This document shows, one piece after another, positions 1 to 11,952 of a DNA stretch of 64,000 nucleotides; the first letter of the stretch is position 1; every line of letters starts with the position of its first letter. Origin of the DNA: Podarcis vaucheri (lineage: Eukaryota); NCBI GenBank assembly GCA_965113315.1, contig OZ220369.1; one strand, written 5' to 3'. Both the position numbers and the translations under genes were made by a program. The notes beneath the pieces are model-generated. The model was not told the DNA's origin, ran no database searches, and saw only the letters and a program-made list of their open reading frames with translations.

Positions 1-824
1 GGCCCCGATTGGGAAACACTGGTTTGGAGAGCTCTTTTGGTCTCACAATCTGCTTGCATTTTCGTCATTCTAAATGACTATGAGCTCATACACACTGTCA
101 CTTAATGTGGAAAGTAAGCCTCCTGTACCTCCAGATTATTTGTGAATAAATTAAATAGCCCTGTGGTACTCTCCACAGGAACAAACCCTCCAGAGTATTC
201 TTAGACCCCTCTTGTGCCAGAGGGCAGGCAGGGTTCAGCACCACTCTTTGTCCCTTGCTCCTGGACCTAACAGCCTCCAGTGCAGGTCTGAGGACAGAGT
301 CTATCCCTCCATCACATTAGTGCCTCACACACTTCCTTGGAGATGCCTCTGTCTTTTGCCTTCTCTCTTGACTTGCCCACCCACCTCCACCTCTGGCTTT
401 TTCTGTGGCTCAGAAAACTCTTATTGCAAACCCACTACAACTGCTGTACACCCAACTTTGAGTCCAAATTTATTTTATTATTTATTAAATTTATATACTG
501 CCCTTCATCCAAAAATCTGAAGGCAGTTCACAATACATGGACAGCCAAACTATAGCCTTAACTCCAGCCTCATCACAGGCACCAGCTCCAGCCTTCAGGA
601 GCCACATTGCATGCTTTTATTTATTTATGAACATTTGCATATTATTTTTGCCTTTAAAAATTTCAAATGTTGCACTATTATGCAAAAGATAAACGTTTTC
701 CTACCATCTGCTTCCTGGTATTAAACCAGTTATTGATCCATAAGAGAACACACAATTCTGCAACTGGTAAATTGGCTTAAGATAAAGACTCTTGTTAGAA
801 GTGTTTCGGAAGTACCGGTATATA

Positions 825-995
825 GGAACACATACTGAGCCTTGGTCTGTCTAGGTCAGTGCTGTCTACACTGGCTGGCAGAAAATCTTCAGGGTTTCAG
901 GCAAGGAACATTCCCAGCCCTACCTGGAGATGCCATGAATTGAACCTGAGACCTTCTGCATGCAAAACAGCTGCTCTGCCACGAAGGTGGCCCTT
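825..995 (-). mobile_element. tRNA-derived squamate SINE (degenerate)
   Basis: Reverse-complemented tRNA-like head (ATTGAACCTGAGACCTTCTGCATGCAAA...); similar to the copy at about 61894-62088. Confidence 0.6.
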
Positions 996-1883
996 CCTTC
1001 AAAATATATAATATCTGCATAATAGCCTTTATATTTCCACATATGGTCAACATTCTCAAATAACTGTAAAAGGTTGGTACAATCGTGAATTGTGCTGGAA
1101 AACACAAGGAAGCCAGCATAGAGCTGCATCTCTGTTCTTAGCATTGTACTAGAGATTTGCTTCTAAACCACCTCCCAATGGTTCATGCCCAGGTGAGGGA
1201 ATAAAACCTTAAAGAAAGAAATCCAAGACAGATATGCAAGTTGAGCTTCCTGGTAGGAACCCAGTTTATTCAAAGAAACTATTGCCATACTGACAGTTAC
1301 TCCAAACCAGAAGTTAGGAGAACTGCTCCAAAGCACATTTTAACAAAGTTTTTTTTGTTTCTTTGCTTAAATTATATTTTTATTAAAGATTTTATTGTGC
1401 AACGCAAAAGAACATATGGTGTCTCCACTTTCAATTCATAGAGTCTTTTTCACAGTTCATTTACATTCAGTATGAGACACTGTTAACATAGACATTATGT
1501 GGCTGGGGGGGGAGGGGGAGAGAGAGATGGGGAGAAAATGATTTTTCATTCTGTTGCATAGTGTTTGTTTAGGGTTTTTGTGTCAGCGTCATGTGAGTTA
1601 TTTATTTATATAACTATTTTTGGTGGTGGTACAAAATATTAGCAGATCCAGAGCTTGGTTGGTTGTGTTCTGTTGATTGCAATGTGGTATGTTTGCATGT
1701 GTGTGTGTGGGGGGGGGGGGTGTTGTTGGGTCAGATTAGCCATATTGATTTGTATGTTGTTGTGGGGTGTGGTGGGATAGGACACTGTCTTGTTGGGCTG
1801 TATATGTGATAAAGGGGAGCCACACTGGCGTGAAGGCATCCTCCTTTGCTTGTCCCTGTGTGAGTTTAAGTTCTACAAGCATT

Positions 1884-3224
1884 TTTGTTGTTTAGTTGTT
1901 TAGTCGTGTCCGACTCTTTGTGACCCCATGGACCAGAGCACGCCAGGCACTCCTGTCTTCCACTGCCTCCCGCAGTTTGGTTAGGCTCATGTTTGTTGCT
2001 TCGAGAACACTGTCCAACCATCTCATCCTCTGTCGTCCCCTTCTCCTTGTGTCCTCCATCTTTCCCAACATCAGGATCTTTTCCAGGGTGTAGTAAAGTT
2101 AGTGTTTGTTTAGAAGCTATTCCTTGGTCAAGCAACGAGAGTGAGGCCTTGTGGGTAGCCAACAAGCCACAAGGACCATGGGAAATAAGTTCTGTCCCTG
2201 TAACCTCAGACTAACAGGCACCCAGAGTGTGAAAGGTTTATTACGGGAAAGGAAACCCCTGATTTAATGGAAGGTTTGACACCTGGGTCCGGAGTTATGT
2301 GCATTCCCTCAGTGGTGCTATCTGGCCTTGATTGCCTGGGAATGTGCATCTGCATAGGCTCCACAGAAGGGAGGAAATCCCTTTGATTTAGGCCCTGGGT
2401 TCTTAATTGGCCCAGCTGCCAGAAGTTAGATTGATTAGCCCGCAAGCCGGTCATTGGAGAATTTAAAAATAATCAAGAGTTATGATTGGTTTCGGGGGTT
2501 CCGACGCCAGGTGCAAATCGGGGGGGGGGGGAAGATCTGGGAAATGGCTGAGAAAGCGTGCTCTGCAATCCGCAAATCGCCCTACTGCTTGCGAAAGCCT
2601 CTGAATGCGGAACTTTGAAAGGACTCTAACTATTCTCTTTGCCTTATTCGTGAGTATGTAAGTTAGTTAGATTTTACAATGTTCTTATTTTTTCTTGCCT
2701 GTAACTTACTAAAAGAAGTGCCTGCTATTTTAGCATGTTTTCTTATGTTCTTTTAAAATAAATTTTAAAGAAAGAAACTGTTTTGGTTTGTGTGCCTTTC
2801 CGGGGGAAAAGCTAATTCCTAGCCTTACGCTTGGTTACGCTCTATTGTAGAATTTCTGTCTGCAAGTCTGTGGATACAACTTGTGGAGTGGGGATAACCA
2901 GCAATAACGGGGCACAGCCTTCTCCCTGGGTTGTGGCTCTGGGTTCCCCAGGACAAAGGGAGTGGTGGCAGCCTTACCGGTGTTATTTTGTCCTGTTTCT
3001 GTATAACGTAAACACGCCTGCCAGCCCTGCTCAAGAAACCTGGTCTGGCCGGAGAGCAAAGACAGGTGAGGGAGGGGCGGGTGGCTGGGGGCGAAGTTTA
3101 CCACACAGGGAGTCTTCTCTTCTCATGAGGTGGCCAAAGTATTGGAGCCTCAACTTCATGATCTGTCCTTCCAGTGAGCACTCAGGGCTGATTTCCTTAA
3201 GAATGGATATATTTGATCTTCTTG
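1884..3224 (-). mobile_element. 5'-truncated BovB (RTE) LINE 3' end, interrupted by a solo LTR
   Basis: BovB-type 3' sequence (TCGTGTCCGACTCTTTGTGACCCCATGGAC...CCAACCATCTCATCCTCTGTCGTCCCC...ATGAGGTGGCCAAAGTATTGGAG) with (CAA)n-like tail; 10-bp TSD TACAAGCATT at 1874-1883 and 3225-3234. Confidence 0.85.
2089..3105 (+). mobile_element. Solo LTR (1017 bp) nested in BovB
   Basis: Termini TGTAGTAAA...TTTACCACA; 5-bp TSD CAGGG at 2084-2088 and 3106-3110; AATAAA at 2757-2762; the BovB sequence resumes exactly after it. Confidence 0.85.
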
Positions 3225-4435
3225 TACAAGCATTAGCTCATAGAATAAAGGGAGGTCACAGATCAAGGAGTTAAAAACTGTCTTGCTCCACTTCATTATC
3301 TTCCTGTCTCTATTATCTTGTGTACCACAATACTCTGGAGCCTCAGGACTTTCTGCTTCACCTACTTACTGTTGTTTTATTGACAACCAGATCTTCAAAA
3401 TAGTCCTTATCATCCCATCCCTATAGCTTCCTAGATTCAAGGTAAAAAATGCCTTGCACATAAACATTCTGCTCCTAAATTATGTAAACAGCACTTAGAA
3501 ATACAGGGGGTCGAAATACAATGGACATGGTTGATTGAATATTTACAAACAACTTGTAAACAGGTAAAGACATTGGCAGGATTATTATTATAACCTGCAG
3601 TTTTAAAAAGAATATAGAATTAAAGCATAAGTTAAGTTAATTTAGAATATACAGGAAATGATAAGACAAATTTAAGGAACCGCAGAAAGAAGAAGGAAGT
3701 CAAATTGTTTGAAATGTTAGGATTTTTGTAAAATTATTGAAATGTATACAAATGAAAACTATAAATAAAATTTTAAAAAGAAAAAAAGAAAGGCAAGGGG
3801 CAAAGAAGTCCACATAGCATAGAACTCAAAATATCAAAGAAATAAAAGCATACATTGATACATAACTCATTATATAGAGGATAGGTGTAGGTACATAAAC
3901 TTTATTAAATGTTAAATAGGTTTCTATCTAATTTTATAACAGTATCCCATACCTGACTGCAAAATATTGAGAATGGCTGGGAGAGAACCCCTGTTTCCAT
4001 GGCCACAGCCATGCAACAGGTAAGAGAGGAAGAGCCAGAGTTTCCACAGGGCAATTGAAAAAGTTTTATAAGTCTAAATGCTGCCCATCCAGGGCAGAAA
4101 GAACACACTCCTAACCATGTCTATGCAGCCATATGCAGTCATTGGGTCTTACTCCCAGGTAAGCAGGTTTAGGATTGCAGCCTACAGTTTAGGTGTATAT
4201 CACTTCCAAGACTGAGCTGCTAGCACACCGTATTAGACATGTGAAGGCAGGAAAGGATATGGGTGAGATGCCTCTTACTAATACCAAGCTCCTCCACTTG
4301 GGAAACAAGAATCATTCATCACCACAACTACCGGCTTCACAGTTCAGGAGCATCCCAGGCTCTGGCTTTTGGGAAAGAAGAGCTAATCTCTCAATAGATT
4401 ATCCTGCAGCAACCATGAAAGGCCGCAGAACTCAC

Positions 4436-4563
4436 CTCTAGACAAGCAAGCAGGTTCTTTGACAAATCTAAGGACTGAAGGTTTTTAAAGGCTTTCAGGC
4501 CATCTCCAAGAGAGACAATTTTGGCTGCATGGGTTCCCTGCAGAGAGATGGACTCCACCTGTT
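4436..4563 (-). CDS. LRRC36: LRRC36 coding exon 2 (128 nt)
   Basis: Acceptor TTTTTTCCAG; QVESISLQGTHAAKIVSLGDGLKAFKNLQSLDLSKNLLACLE; donor GAG|GTGAGT. Confidence 0.92.
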
Positions 4564-6363
4564 CTGGAAAAAAATGGCAACTTGTAAATGTGTTTTGGTC
4601 TTTCCTACAGTTCTTAAACTGCAGTTTTTCACATATCAGAAAATTTGTTTATCTGATTTCTTTTAGCTTTGTATATTCTGACTGTGTGTGGGGGTGTGTG
4701 TGTTAGATGTAAAATATGTTGCTGTCATCCACAAGTATGAGTCCTATTAATCTGCAACCCCTAAACCCCACTGTGGTAGAAAACAATAGTGCAAACTGGC
4801 ACTAAACTGAAAAAAATTAAAGAAATAACTCTCAAGAGACACAAGTTATAAGCAGCATTCAGAGGAGGATCTCTTAGGATAGAGAAAATATTTTTAGAAG
4901 AGCTTCCATGGTGCACTAACGTTTCTTTTTATGCACTGTTGCCTCTAATCAAACAGGTTTTTGTAACCATTCAAAACCTGCAGAACCAGTTTATCTAGAG
5001 GCAAAGATGGTTTGGATGAGAACAGCGGAGGACCTTGGGGTCTCAATATTTAATTTAGCACCTCCTCCGCACCATTTGAAATAATAGTTGCAGTGCCCCC
5101 TAGGCTCCGCACCGTGTGAACGAACTGGTCAAACTCCCCTAAATCTGCCTCTGATGAGCATTTAGAAAATGAGAAGCAATTCTTTCAGATCAGATTCCAT
5201 TCTCTTGAGTGTAAACACAAACTATCTAGCATTTTCTTTCTTTCTTTCTCTTTTTCTTTCTTTCTTTCTCTTTTTCTTTCTTTCTTTCTCTTTTTCTTTC
5301 TTTCTTTCTCTTTTTCTTTCTTTCAAAAAACGATTTATCTTTGTTTTCTTTTTAATACTGTACTTTTATTAGCTGCTTTGACTGGCTGCTTTGAGAGAGA
5401 AGAGTGTGTTATAAATAGTATTAAAAACATAAAAAGGGAGGCAGGCAATCTGCCCAACACATTGAGTGGGCTTAAGGAAGCACTGAATTTGCTGCTATAG
5501 GTTTAACAATATTAAATTCCCCAACCTGGTGCCAAGGGCAGAAAGCTGTAGAAGGCTCGTGGGATCTCCCTTGTTATGTAAGATCCCCTCACAACAAAAC
5601 AAAGCTACTGCTTCACCCTAGCCTGGTTTTGCTTCAGTGCACCTGAGTTGCAGAAAAATCCCTGAAGTGACCTCGTGCTACTCAGCAAGGTACTTTGGTT
5701 GCCCTGTCCCAAGGACCAGCACCCCAACCCCAACCCCCCGCACCACCACCGTCCCCGAAAGAAGCCTCTCCCCCACTCAGTCCCCCTCTGAGTCCTCCTC
5801 TTGAGGTCCCACCGCGGAGTACTTTCGCCTCTCCTTCGCGCGCTTATAGCGAGAAGTTTTCGCCAGGGCGGAGGGACAAGAGAAGAAGCCAGAAGAAAAA
5901 AGGGAGCCGTTCCGCATGGAACAAAAGTTCAGGGGAATTAGTTCTGTTTCACACATGCCTCCTACCCCACACTACCCTCCCGACCGGCCAGCCTTCCCTG
6001 GAAACGTCCGAATGCTCTAATGAAGTCGTGGACGGTGCCAGGCTATGAAAAGGAGCGCCCCTGAGCATGTGCAGAATATCCACACCCGGTGACCGAAGGG
6101 TCCCTTAACTCTGGAAGCAGCGAGGCTTGGAAGTAGGCTTGAGCTTGGCTGGGCCTAAGTAGCCGTGGTCGCCCGGCCGGGGAGGCTGCCCCATGGCGGC
6201 GCTGGGGTGGGGGGCGCTCCTTGGGGAGACCGAGCGAGGAGGCCCCTTCGCGCGCGCCCCCGGCCAGGCCTCTCGCTAGCTGGCGGTCAGTACCTGGCTG
6301 TAGCCCCCGCAGAGCCGGCTGCCGGCGAATCCAGGCCTCGCTCAGCGGCACCGCCACCGCCAT
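4436..6363 (-). CDS. LRRC36: LRRC36 (leucine-rich repeat containing 36), 5' part: coding exons 1-2; the rest lies left of the window
   Basis: Exon 1 (6294-6363) plus exon 2 (4436-4563) splice in frame via GT-AG to give MAVAVPLSEAWIRRQPALRGLQPEQVESISLQGTHAAKIVSLGDGLKAFKNLQSLDLSKNLLACLE. This matches the recalled human LRRC36 N-terminus and an LRR (LxxLxLSxN). Head-to-head with KCTD19, as in mammals. Confidence 0.9.
5233..5323 (+). repeat. (TTTC)n-type CT microsatellite
   Basis: Seen directly. Confidence 0.9.
6294..6363 (-). CDS. LRRC36: LRRC36 coding exon 1 (70 nt)
   Basis: ATG at 6363; MAVAVPLSEAWIRRQPALRGLQP; donor CAG|GTACTG, phase 1. Confidence 0.85.
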
Positions 6364-6541
6364 GGGGCCGCCGCGCGTTGCCTGGCAACCCCGGCAAACA
6401 CTGCGCGGCGGCGGCGGAAGGCCGCGAGCCAAGGAGGCCGTTGAGCGGCCGTCGCCGCCCGGCCTTTGCTTTGCCCTGCTGGGCGCTCTGCCCCGTCCCC
6501 TCAGGATGGTCCTCCGCCCCTCTCTCCGCCTGCCCAGCAAC

Positions 6542-6544
6542 ATG
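6542..6544 (+). CDS. KCTD19: KCTD19 exon 1 coding part (ATG only)
   Basis: AGCAACATG|GTAAAA; phase 0 joins exon 2 (EESE...). An in-frame upstream ATG exists at 6506. Confidence 0.75.
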
Positions 6545-9500
6545 GTAAAAGGGATCCCCTCAGGAGAGCAGGGCAGAGAGCGCGGAAACCCCAAATGGGC
6601 CCCCTGCGCGGGGCTGGAACCGGGGGCGGGGGAGGTCTCCCTCTACACACGCCCCCCCCCCCCACGGAGTGCGCTCTCCGCCCTTTTTTCAGCGCCAGGA
6701 AAGAGCGTCTCTGAGCATGTGCAGTTGGAGAGCATGCATCCTTTCTTGCCCCGATCTCGACAGCATCCTCGGATCCGAAGCATTATCGGAGAGGCTTCTT
6801 TTTAATATAGATTTAAAAAGAGCGGGTGGGGGAGGGGAATTCACTTGCGTGGTTATTTTAAAGGCTTAGGATCTGCTCTGAGCTTGTACTGATTTCTCCC
6901 CCACCTTTCAATTAGGAAGAATCAGAAATAGTTTCTGAAGCGGAATCTTCTGAGGAAGAGCTGATTCACCTGAATGTCGGAGGCTGGTGCTTCTCAGTTC
7001 CCAAAAGCAAAATTGCCCAGTTTCCAGACTCTCTGATCTGGAAAGAGGTTTCGGCTTTGACTCAGAACGAAAACGTGCGCCTGTTCATTGACAGAGATGG
7101 TTACACCTTCAGGCATGTCCACTATTACCTGCACACCTCCAAGCTGTCCTTCTCCAGCTGTGCTGAACTGAATTTGCTGTACGAGCAGGCCATGCTTTTG
7201 CAGCTGACCCCACTATTGCAGGTACTGCCTTTCCTGGCTGTGGTTGAGAACATGCTCTATTAAGATGTAAGCTGTCAAAAGGCTGATAAGTTAGAGCCCA
7301 GTTTAATGGGACAACTTTCACAACAGTAGTTTCTTCTCTGGCTGCCCTGGAACTGTCCTTTTTGGACTGTGGAACACTTTATAGGGATGGTTGTGCAGCT
7401 CCGTCTGGCTGGGAAAGCAACTGCCTGTGTCAGTTGTACAAAAACCTTGGCAGAATTAGAAGCCAAAGCAGGGAACAGCTCAAGTTAGGCTTAACCATGG
7501 GTTTAGAATGTGGGAGCTCCATGAGAACTCACGTACTCCCAGCTTCATCTTACAACTGGGTTCTTTCCCACTACCTGTTTTTTGCCAGCCATAAGCTGCT
7601 GTGGCTTCTGGACTGGCAAACTCTATTTTCTTCACATTAATGATTTGAATCCCAGTGTGAGTTTGTACACCCTGGTTTTGTGGCTAACTGGGTTTGCCAA
7701 TTTTCATGTCTGGGTAGAGTGTGATGAATGACAAGCAGAATACAAAAGAAGGAATCTGCATGCAAGAGGAGAGAGGCCTCCCTCATGCCAAGCCATGGTT
7801 CAGTGTTACATCTGAGTTATGTATTCAAGCTGGCAATCAAAGCACTGAGGCAGATGGAGCAAAGGCAATTAGATTGAGGAGCCTGAGGTCCAGGGAAACA
7901 GAAGCCCAAGAGAACAGTAAACTGGGAGTTCTTCTCTTGTCTAGGCAGAAGCCAAAGCAGAAGCTATTTATACCTGGCTTGGCCCATCTGGAGGCCTCTT
8001 TATGCCTGCTTCACTAATGGGACTGTTGTGGGATCACCCTCCCCACTTTCCTGCTGACTCTGAAGAGGACCCTGCAAGTCCTAAGCGTACTATGGAGTAT
8101 GAGCCCTCCCCATCCTGAGTTTTCCACTTCTAGCTCTACATCCTCTATGCATGAGATAAGTTCCATTTCATTCAAGCAGATAGACTGGGCAGGAAAAGTT
8201 CTCAGTGGATTGTGCCTCCTGTGTCAGTGTTTTAAACCAAACCTAGGTGATGAGGATTTACAAGACCCACCTCAGTCTTCAGCTGCTTGCCTGTCTCACT
8301 TTCAGGCAATGAAACGGAAGGCACCAAGACCAAAGGTTGGCATTGTTCTCAGATGAGGCCATAGGCGCCGACTCCATGGGGCTTGAGGGGGCTTGAGCCC
8401 CCTCAAAAAAATTTTTTGGGGGGCTCAGCCCCCCCAATAATCTCGGGCGCCCTTGCCGCCGTCCCCCGCCTCCTCCCCACCTGCTCTCTCCCCAGCCAGC
8501 CAGCCAGCCGCGCGCCCTAGCCGGAGAGCCCCGGCCGTCCCCCGCAAGAACAGGGGAATCCCCGGGGGCGGGGGCTTCTGCCTCTAGCCCCAGGTTTCCC
8601 GCATATCAGCTGTTCCGGAGCTGATTAATAGGCAGCAGCACGCTCTCCCCTATTCGCTCACGAGGGGGCGGCGCCACTTTATTTGCATATTCATGAGCTT
8701 ATTTGCATATTCATGAGCTTATTTACATTTCACGAGCTTTCCCGGGCCCCCCCAATATTTTTTATAAGTCCGCGTCCCTGGATGAGGCATCACGGAGAAC
8801 ATAGAGAGGGAAGGATGCCTATCAACAAGTGTGGGTGGGACCTGTCACATAGACATGTGGGTGCAAGCTGGTTGATGAAGAGCTTCAGGGCTACTTAAAG
8901 CTGTTTTTTTCCTACAAGGCACAATGAATTGGACAGCAACACTGATTCATCACCTTCTTAAATTACTCAGTACCCTCATTAAGGACTCATTCAGACTGCC
9001 TTTGTGCTGTGTTTCTAGGCACAGGTCTGGACTTTAAAGTTGCATGTCTGAGCACTGTTGTTTTTTGTTCTGGCACTTTCCCCAGGAAAACCCACGTTTT
9101 ACCACTGAATTGGAACAAACAGTAATCAGGTTTTCCACATACTGTATTGCCATTTGCTCCAATTCAGTGGTAAAATGCGAGTGTTCCCAGATAAAGCACT
9201 GGGACTAAAATAAACTGTTCTGACACAGTGTTTTAAAGTGTGGACCTGTGCCTGGAGTGCACAGTGCAAAAGGAAGTCTGGATGAGCCTTATGACAGGTT
9301 ATAATGGGTCAGCCATGAACTGTCTGAGTTGACAGTAATTTACACTTCTGAGTAGGATATAGGTTATCTTTGCTAGGTTTCACAGGTCTGACTTGCCCTT
9401 TATTAAAAACATCTATGGCAGATTCCTCCTAGGCTTCTCCTGAAGACAGAAAAATAAGTTGGTTCCACTGCCTACCTTGCTGAGCTGATAACCTGTAATG

Positions 9501-11912
9501 CTGTTTGTTGCAATTACACCCTTCTTCACACAGTGCATAGTTAAACTATGGAACTTGCTCCCACAAGATGTGGTGATGGCCACCAACTTGCATGACAAGA
9601 GGAGTGGACAGCTAAGCAGGACCTGAGTTGTTGTTTGTTGAGAGTCATAAGTGGGAGAGCACTGCTGTTGCACTCAGGTTCTGCTTGCAGACTCCCTTTA
9701 GGGGCATCTGATTGGCCACTATGGAAATAGGGTGCTAGCCCTCTGGGCTGAGCCAGCTGCAAGGCTCTTGTGTTTTTCTGAAGCCTCCCTAGCTGAGCCT
9801 CTCCAGATGCCACCTCAGGAAAAGGGAGAGAAGCTACTTTCCCTCTTCCTCCTTAGTCCCTCCTTAATGAGGGAACAGAAGCACATAAAAGGTTTGCCAA
9901 AGGGAAGCATCTTTATGAGCCTGAAAATAGCATCATATATCTTAGAATAGCGCTTACATTGATGATGATGACACGGGCTTATTCAAAACTTTAAGCTTTG
10001 CATTGCTCAGGAACTCTTACTTTGTCCTGAAGCAATCAACATTGAGGGCAGTGCTGAAGGACAGTATCCTATGGGTACCTTGCTGTATTGCAGCCCTCCT
10101 ATTTTAACGCTCCTATGATTTTGTTTAAATATAATGAAAATGCATGCTTAAGAGATGTTTGCCTGTCTTAACAGACCTTAGACAATTTGAAGGAGGGAAA
10201 ACATAATTTACGTGTCCGTCCTGCGGATATACCAATAGCTGAAAGAGCATCTATGAATTACTGGAGAACACGAAAATGTATCAGCAAGCCTTCCGAATTT
10301 CCTCTTAAAAGTCCAACATTTACTGGTAAAAGTCCATTGTAAGCAACTACTTAAGGTTAGACAGGACCAAAATGACAATTGTAGTGATCATAAGCAAACA
10401 TCTTGGATAATTTTTATAAACTTCCCCTGGCTTCATTCAGCCCACATGATCCCGTGAATGGAGTGTGGGTGAAGCCCAGGAGACGTGGACTCCAAGCAAA
10501 CTCAGCCATTGCTTATTTATATCTCCCCACCCCTCAGATACATCAACAGGACTACCTAAAGTATAATATTTAATAACACATCACATGAATACATTAATAT
10601 AAGCTTAAAGCAGCAACCCTATAAAAGCATCAACCAAAAAGCATAAACACCTAGGAAAACAAAGAAGCCTTTGCCTGGTGGCACAACAACTTCAGAGTGG
10701 TCTCCAAGTGAGCCTCGGGGGGGGGGGACGACGGGGGGACGGGACCAGTTCATAATGGCTATAACATTATTAGTGTTTCACATCGAATGTAACTGATCCA
10801 TAGAAAGGACTCTATGAACTGAAAGCTGAAACACTGTATGTACTTTTGTTACCCAAGAAAATCTTCAGTAAAATTAAAAACAAAACCAGGCTCCATTGCT
10901 GAAACAGCCCATTTGCTGATAGCAACTGGCCATATCTCAGATGATGGGGGAACCCAGCGAAGGAACTCCAATGCAGATGTAAGTGTAGCGGCAGGTGAGG
11001 GGACGGGCCATCATTCAAGTACCCTGGCCCTACGTCAAGAAGGGCTTTACAGGAGAGGACTAGTGGTGCAAGATGCTTGCAATGACTCATTCCAATTAAG
11101 CCTAGCAGCTGTATTCCCAAACCTTCAGAAGCAACCCCAGGTGGCTAGGTGAGCAGATTACAGTCATTCACTTTCAGTTACAATCACATATCTCAGTAGG
11201 ATTATAAAACGAGTTGATGTTGATGTTTAATTGTTTGGCTGCATTCCAAATCACCGTTCTTCCTCCTAATAAACTTTTGCCTGACATTAATTAGAGGGCT
11301 GCCCCTTGGGTCATTTGCTCTAGAATGAGGCTTGCTTTATTTTTCACTTGTCTGGGTTATGACAGGATAAGTAGCATGCCCGTGAAGGCGCTGAATGTGG
11401 TGTGTTTGTTTTTTAAGTCCTCTGGAGAGAAATTAGCAGTTGAACTTATGCACACTGCTAAGTTGTTTGTGACAAAACTCTTAATACAAATTTGTATAAT
11501 TTTGTGAGAAACATCCCCTGAGAAACCAAACGGAAACCAAGTTCCTGTCACTTTTGGTCCCAGAGGCATGATAAAAGGCAGCAAGGCACAAGACCAGATT
11601 CATTTTGTCCCCTAGAGGTAGGAGGCTGAACTGAAAGTTGATGCTCATTGACAACAGAGAGTTGGGTCTGTTATACAGATACTGCCTTAGAGTCACTGGC
11701 ACATATTCCTGTAATTGAGCAAAGTCAAGTGTTTTATTTACCCAGATGTCTTTTCAGCTGAATTGTTACTACTAATTGCCTTTATTTTCTTAATTGTTTT
11801 CAATCTGTTTTTTTATATTATATATTATACATTATTTTTACTACATTTTACCGAGCTGGGTACATCATCCTGCCAGGTACTTTGGTAATAAGAAAGGAGA
11901 GAGAAAATGTGT

Positions 11913-11952
<40 letters not shown>

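Larger units (their letters stand above)
5700..6790. promoter_or_regulatory. CpG island / bidirectional promoter shared by LRRC36 and KCTD19
   Basis: GC- and CpG-rich stretch spanning both start codons (6363 on minus, 6542 on plus; 178 bp between them). RFX X-box GTTGCCTGGCAAC at 6377-6389, MYB-type CCGTTG at 6438-6443, GC boxes. Island boundaries are approximate. Confidence 0.8.

Noticed and set aside
1-4435. Search for LRRC36 exon 3 (expected GIQYL...LDLRLNP)
   Set aside because: No matching frame found by eye; presumed to lie left of the window.
6043-6805. 183-aa and 194-aa ORFs over the promoter
   Set aside because: By-products of the CpG island; only the 70-nt LRRC36 exon and the KCTD19 ATG are supported.
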